This document shows, in pieces, positions 62,180 to 64,000 of a DNA stretch of 64,000 nt. A program made the translations under genes and the position numbers. Within the stretch, counting starts at the first letter, position 1. Each line of letters starts with the position of its first letter. The DNA lies in NCBI GenBank assembly GCA_965261735.1, contig OZ253470.1, positions 416,001-480,000 on the forward strand. The letters are read 5' to 3'. Under the pieces are notes generated by a model. It did not search any database and was not told the origin of the DNA. It was given only the letters and a program-made list of their open reading frames with translations. The DNA is from Alphaproteobacteria bacterium (GTDB lineage Bacteria > Pseudomonadota > Alphaproteobacteria > SHVV01).

Positions 62180-63544
62180 TCACTTGTTGTCCGCGCGGGC
62201 ACAAACGACGATTCGCCGAGCCACCTCCACATTCATCACCAGGGCAACGACACCCAGGGCGAACAGGGGCTGATTCAACACCGCGCCGAGGAAGATGACG
62301 AACACCCGCACGTCCCGGCCCAGCCGAAAGTATGAGGCGCCTTGCAGTCTTTGCGCCATCAACCCGTCATACTTGTCCGCCGTATAGCTGTTAAGGAACG
62401 ACCCCACAATCGCCGCGAACCCCAGCACGACGGATAGGCTCGTGCCGGTCGCGGCAAATTCGTGCCACATCAGGCCGAACAAGAGAACGGCATCGGCATG
62501 GCGGTCGAGGACCGCGTCGAACCAACCGCCAAACTCGCTCTGCGAATGCTTCAGCCGGGCGATCTCGCCATCGCAACCGTCGACGACCGAGGCCAGTTGA
62601 GCCAACGCGCCACCGGCGGCCAGAGCAGGATAGCCGCTCACAGCCATCAATCCGGCGGCACCGCACGACAGCATCCATGAGATCAGAGAGATTTGGTTGG
62701 GCGTCACCGTTGTGCGCACCAGATAACGGCTCAACCACCGGGAAGCCGGCCGGTTGAGGTGGCGCGACACCGGCCCGTCCCGGGCCTTGCGGCCCTGGTC
62801 GCGCATCAGACGTCGTTCGGCTTCACGCAAGGCCTCGGGCGTGTCCACGTCGAGCCATGACATTCCCGTCACATCGACGGTTCTCGCCCGGCCTTCGCCC
62901 GCCAGCTCCCTGAGCCCGTCGGAAAGCCCATGCTTGTTGCTTGCCGCCGCGCGCTCGAGTCCCTCGAACAGGCCGGGCGTGCAAAGCATGACCCCGGTAT
63001 CGGCAGCGTCCCAAAAGCCAAGATTTTTCTCGATCGCCTGAATGCGTCCGTCGTCGATAGTGACCCGAGTGACATCGTCGAGATCGAAAATGGCATCCTT
63101 GTCGCGGTCCACGGCGAGGCGCATTTCCCCTAATGCGGGTGGATCGTCGGCCAGAGCCCGCGCGATCCCGGGATCGAAAAGATGATCGATCATGACCAGG
63201 AAGAAGGGCGCCTCGCCGGTGCGACCTTTGGCCGCCAGGGCACTGGCTCCGTTGCCACGCTCCCAGTCCCCGGCTTCGATGAAGTCAATCGTGACGGCGC
63301 GCCGCCGGGCGATGTCGAAAAAATGCCCCCTGACCATTTCGGCCTCATGACCGAGGGTGACGAGGAACCGCCGGATGCCGGTGTCCAGCAATGTGCAGAC
63401 GACCCGTTCGGCGAGGGTCAATCCGAGCACCCTGGTCAGGGGTTTCGGTGCCTTGGCTTGCGGCCGAAGTCTCGATCCCCATCCGGCGGCCAGGATCAGC
63501 GCCATCTCGGGTGTCACGCTGGTCAAATCAGTGTTGTTCAGCAC
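62180..63544 (-). CDS. Bifunctional NTP transferase / CDP-alcohol phosphotransferase (IPCT/DIPPS-like)
   Basis: LAAGWGSRL..PKPL, GNGAS, DTG, DVDTP; DGPVSRHLNR, TPNQ, DGCDGEIAR..GGWFDAVLD; start uncertain. Confidence 0.85.
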   Translation of the reverse strand: MLNNTDLTSVTPEMALILAAGWGSRLRPQAKAPKPLTRVLGLTLAERVVCTLLDTGIRRFLVTLGHEAEMVRGHFFDIARRRAVTIDFIEAGDWERGNGASALAAKGRTGEAPFFLVMIDHLFDPGIARALADDPPALGEMRLAVDRDKDAIFDLDDVTRVTIDDGRIQAIEKNLGFWDAADTGVMLCTPGLFEGLERAAASNKHGLSDGLRELAGEGRARTVDVTGMSWLDVDTPEALREAERRLMRDQGRKARDGPVSRHLNRPASRWLSRYLVRTTVTPNQISLISWMLSCGAAGLMAVSGYPALAAGGALAQLASVVDGCDGEIARLKHSQSEFGGWFDAVLDRHADAVLLFGLMWHEFAATGTSLSVVLGFAAIVGSFLNSYTADKYDGLMAQRLQGASYFRLGRDVRVFVIFLGAVLNQPLFALGVVALVMNVEVARRIVVCARADNK

Positions 63545-64000
63545 CCAAAACGTCCGCGATTTCATTGCACAGCTCCCGGCTCGAGGCCGCGACCAGGCTG
63601 ACGCGGTCGGTCAAGCCTTCCGGCGCCGCCAGGGGCGCGCCATCGGGGCCGACAACCCAGCCCCCCGCCTCGATCACCAACCGTGCGGCGGCGAGGTAGC
63701 TTTCCGCAGTCAGACGGCGACGCGCATCCACATGGGCGTCGGTAGCGCCCGCAGCAACCAAGGAGAGGGCTCGAGACGCGCAACCGTAGCACCGCACTCC
63801 CCTGGCGGCAGCCATCAGGCGGGCGAGGCCCGGCGACGGAGAATGATGATTGAGTTCGACCGAGATCGTGGCCCCGGCGATGTTGCGCAGATTCGAGGTT
63901 TCAAGCCGGTCGCTCCTACGCCAGGCGCCGGAGCCCTTGATGGCGATCAGGGGCGTGTCCTGATCGAGCGGCCCAACCAGGGCCGCTTCTACCCAATCGG
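63528..64000 (-). CDS. Inositol monophosphatase family protein (C-terminal part)
   Basis: RCYGCAS..L..VAAG..DA.VD, AAARLVIEAGG. Confidence 0.75.
   Translation of the reverse strand, partial: DWVEAALVGPLDQDTPLIAIKGSGAWRRSDRLETSNLRNIAGATISVELNHHSPSPGLARLMAAARGVRCYGCASRALSLVAAGATDAHVDARRRLTAESYLAAARLVIEAGGWVVGPDGAPLAAPEGLTDRVSLVAASSRELCNEIADVLGAEQH

Overview
GC-rich, probably alphaproteobacterial DNA (zeta-subunit DUF1476 gene, DUF2924/DUF3489/serine-recombinase module). Bases 1-45 kb are a heavily eroded accessory region. It holds at least 20 complete or fragmentary insertion sequences (IS110/IS1111, IS3, IS1595, IS6, IS256, IS21, IS1182, IS5, IS1380, IS1), a group II intron 3' remnant, a tRNA-Met att-like fragment and many genes fused at deletion junctions. 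The region is bracketed by two halves of a serine-recombinase/ParB-methyltransferase/terminase-type integrative element whose ends share a CCCTGTT repeat module. Both IS1111-type elements have target and donor guide segments that can be read directly in their downstream non-coding (bridge/seek RNA) regions; one targets an IS21 terminal repeat. A 68-bp covarying, DnaA-box-containing hairpin is shared by unrelated IS families. The right end carries an intact divergent yjfI-pspA-GSP synthase-nspC-DUF3326 / K+ channel-yjfK-yjfL-yjfM envelope-stress/polyamine cluster, followed by IPCT/DIPPS and an inositol monophosphatase. Family assignments come from motif recognition by eye; no database search was run.
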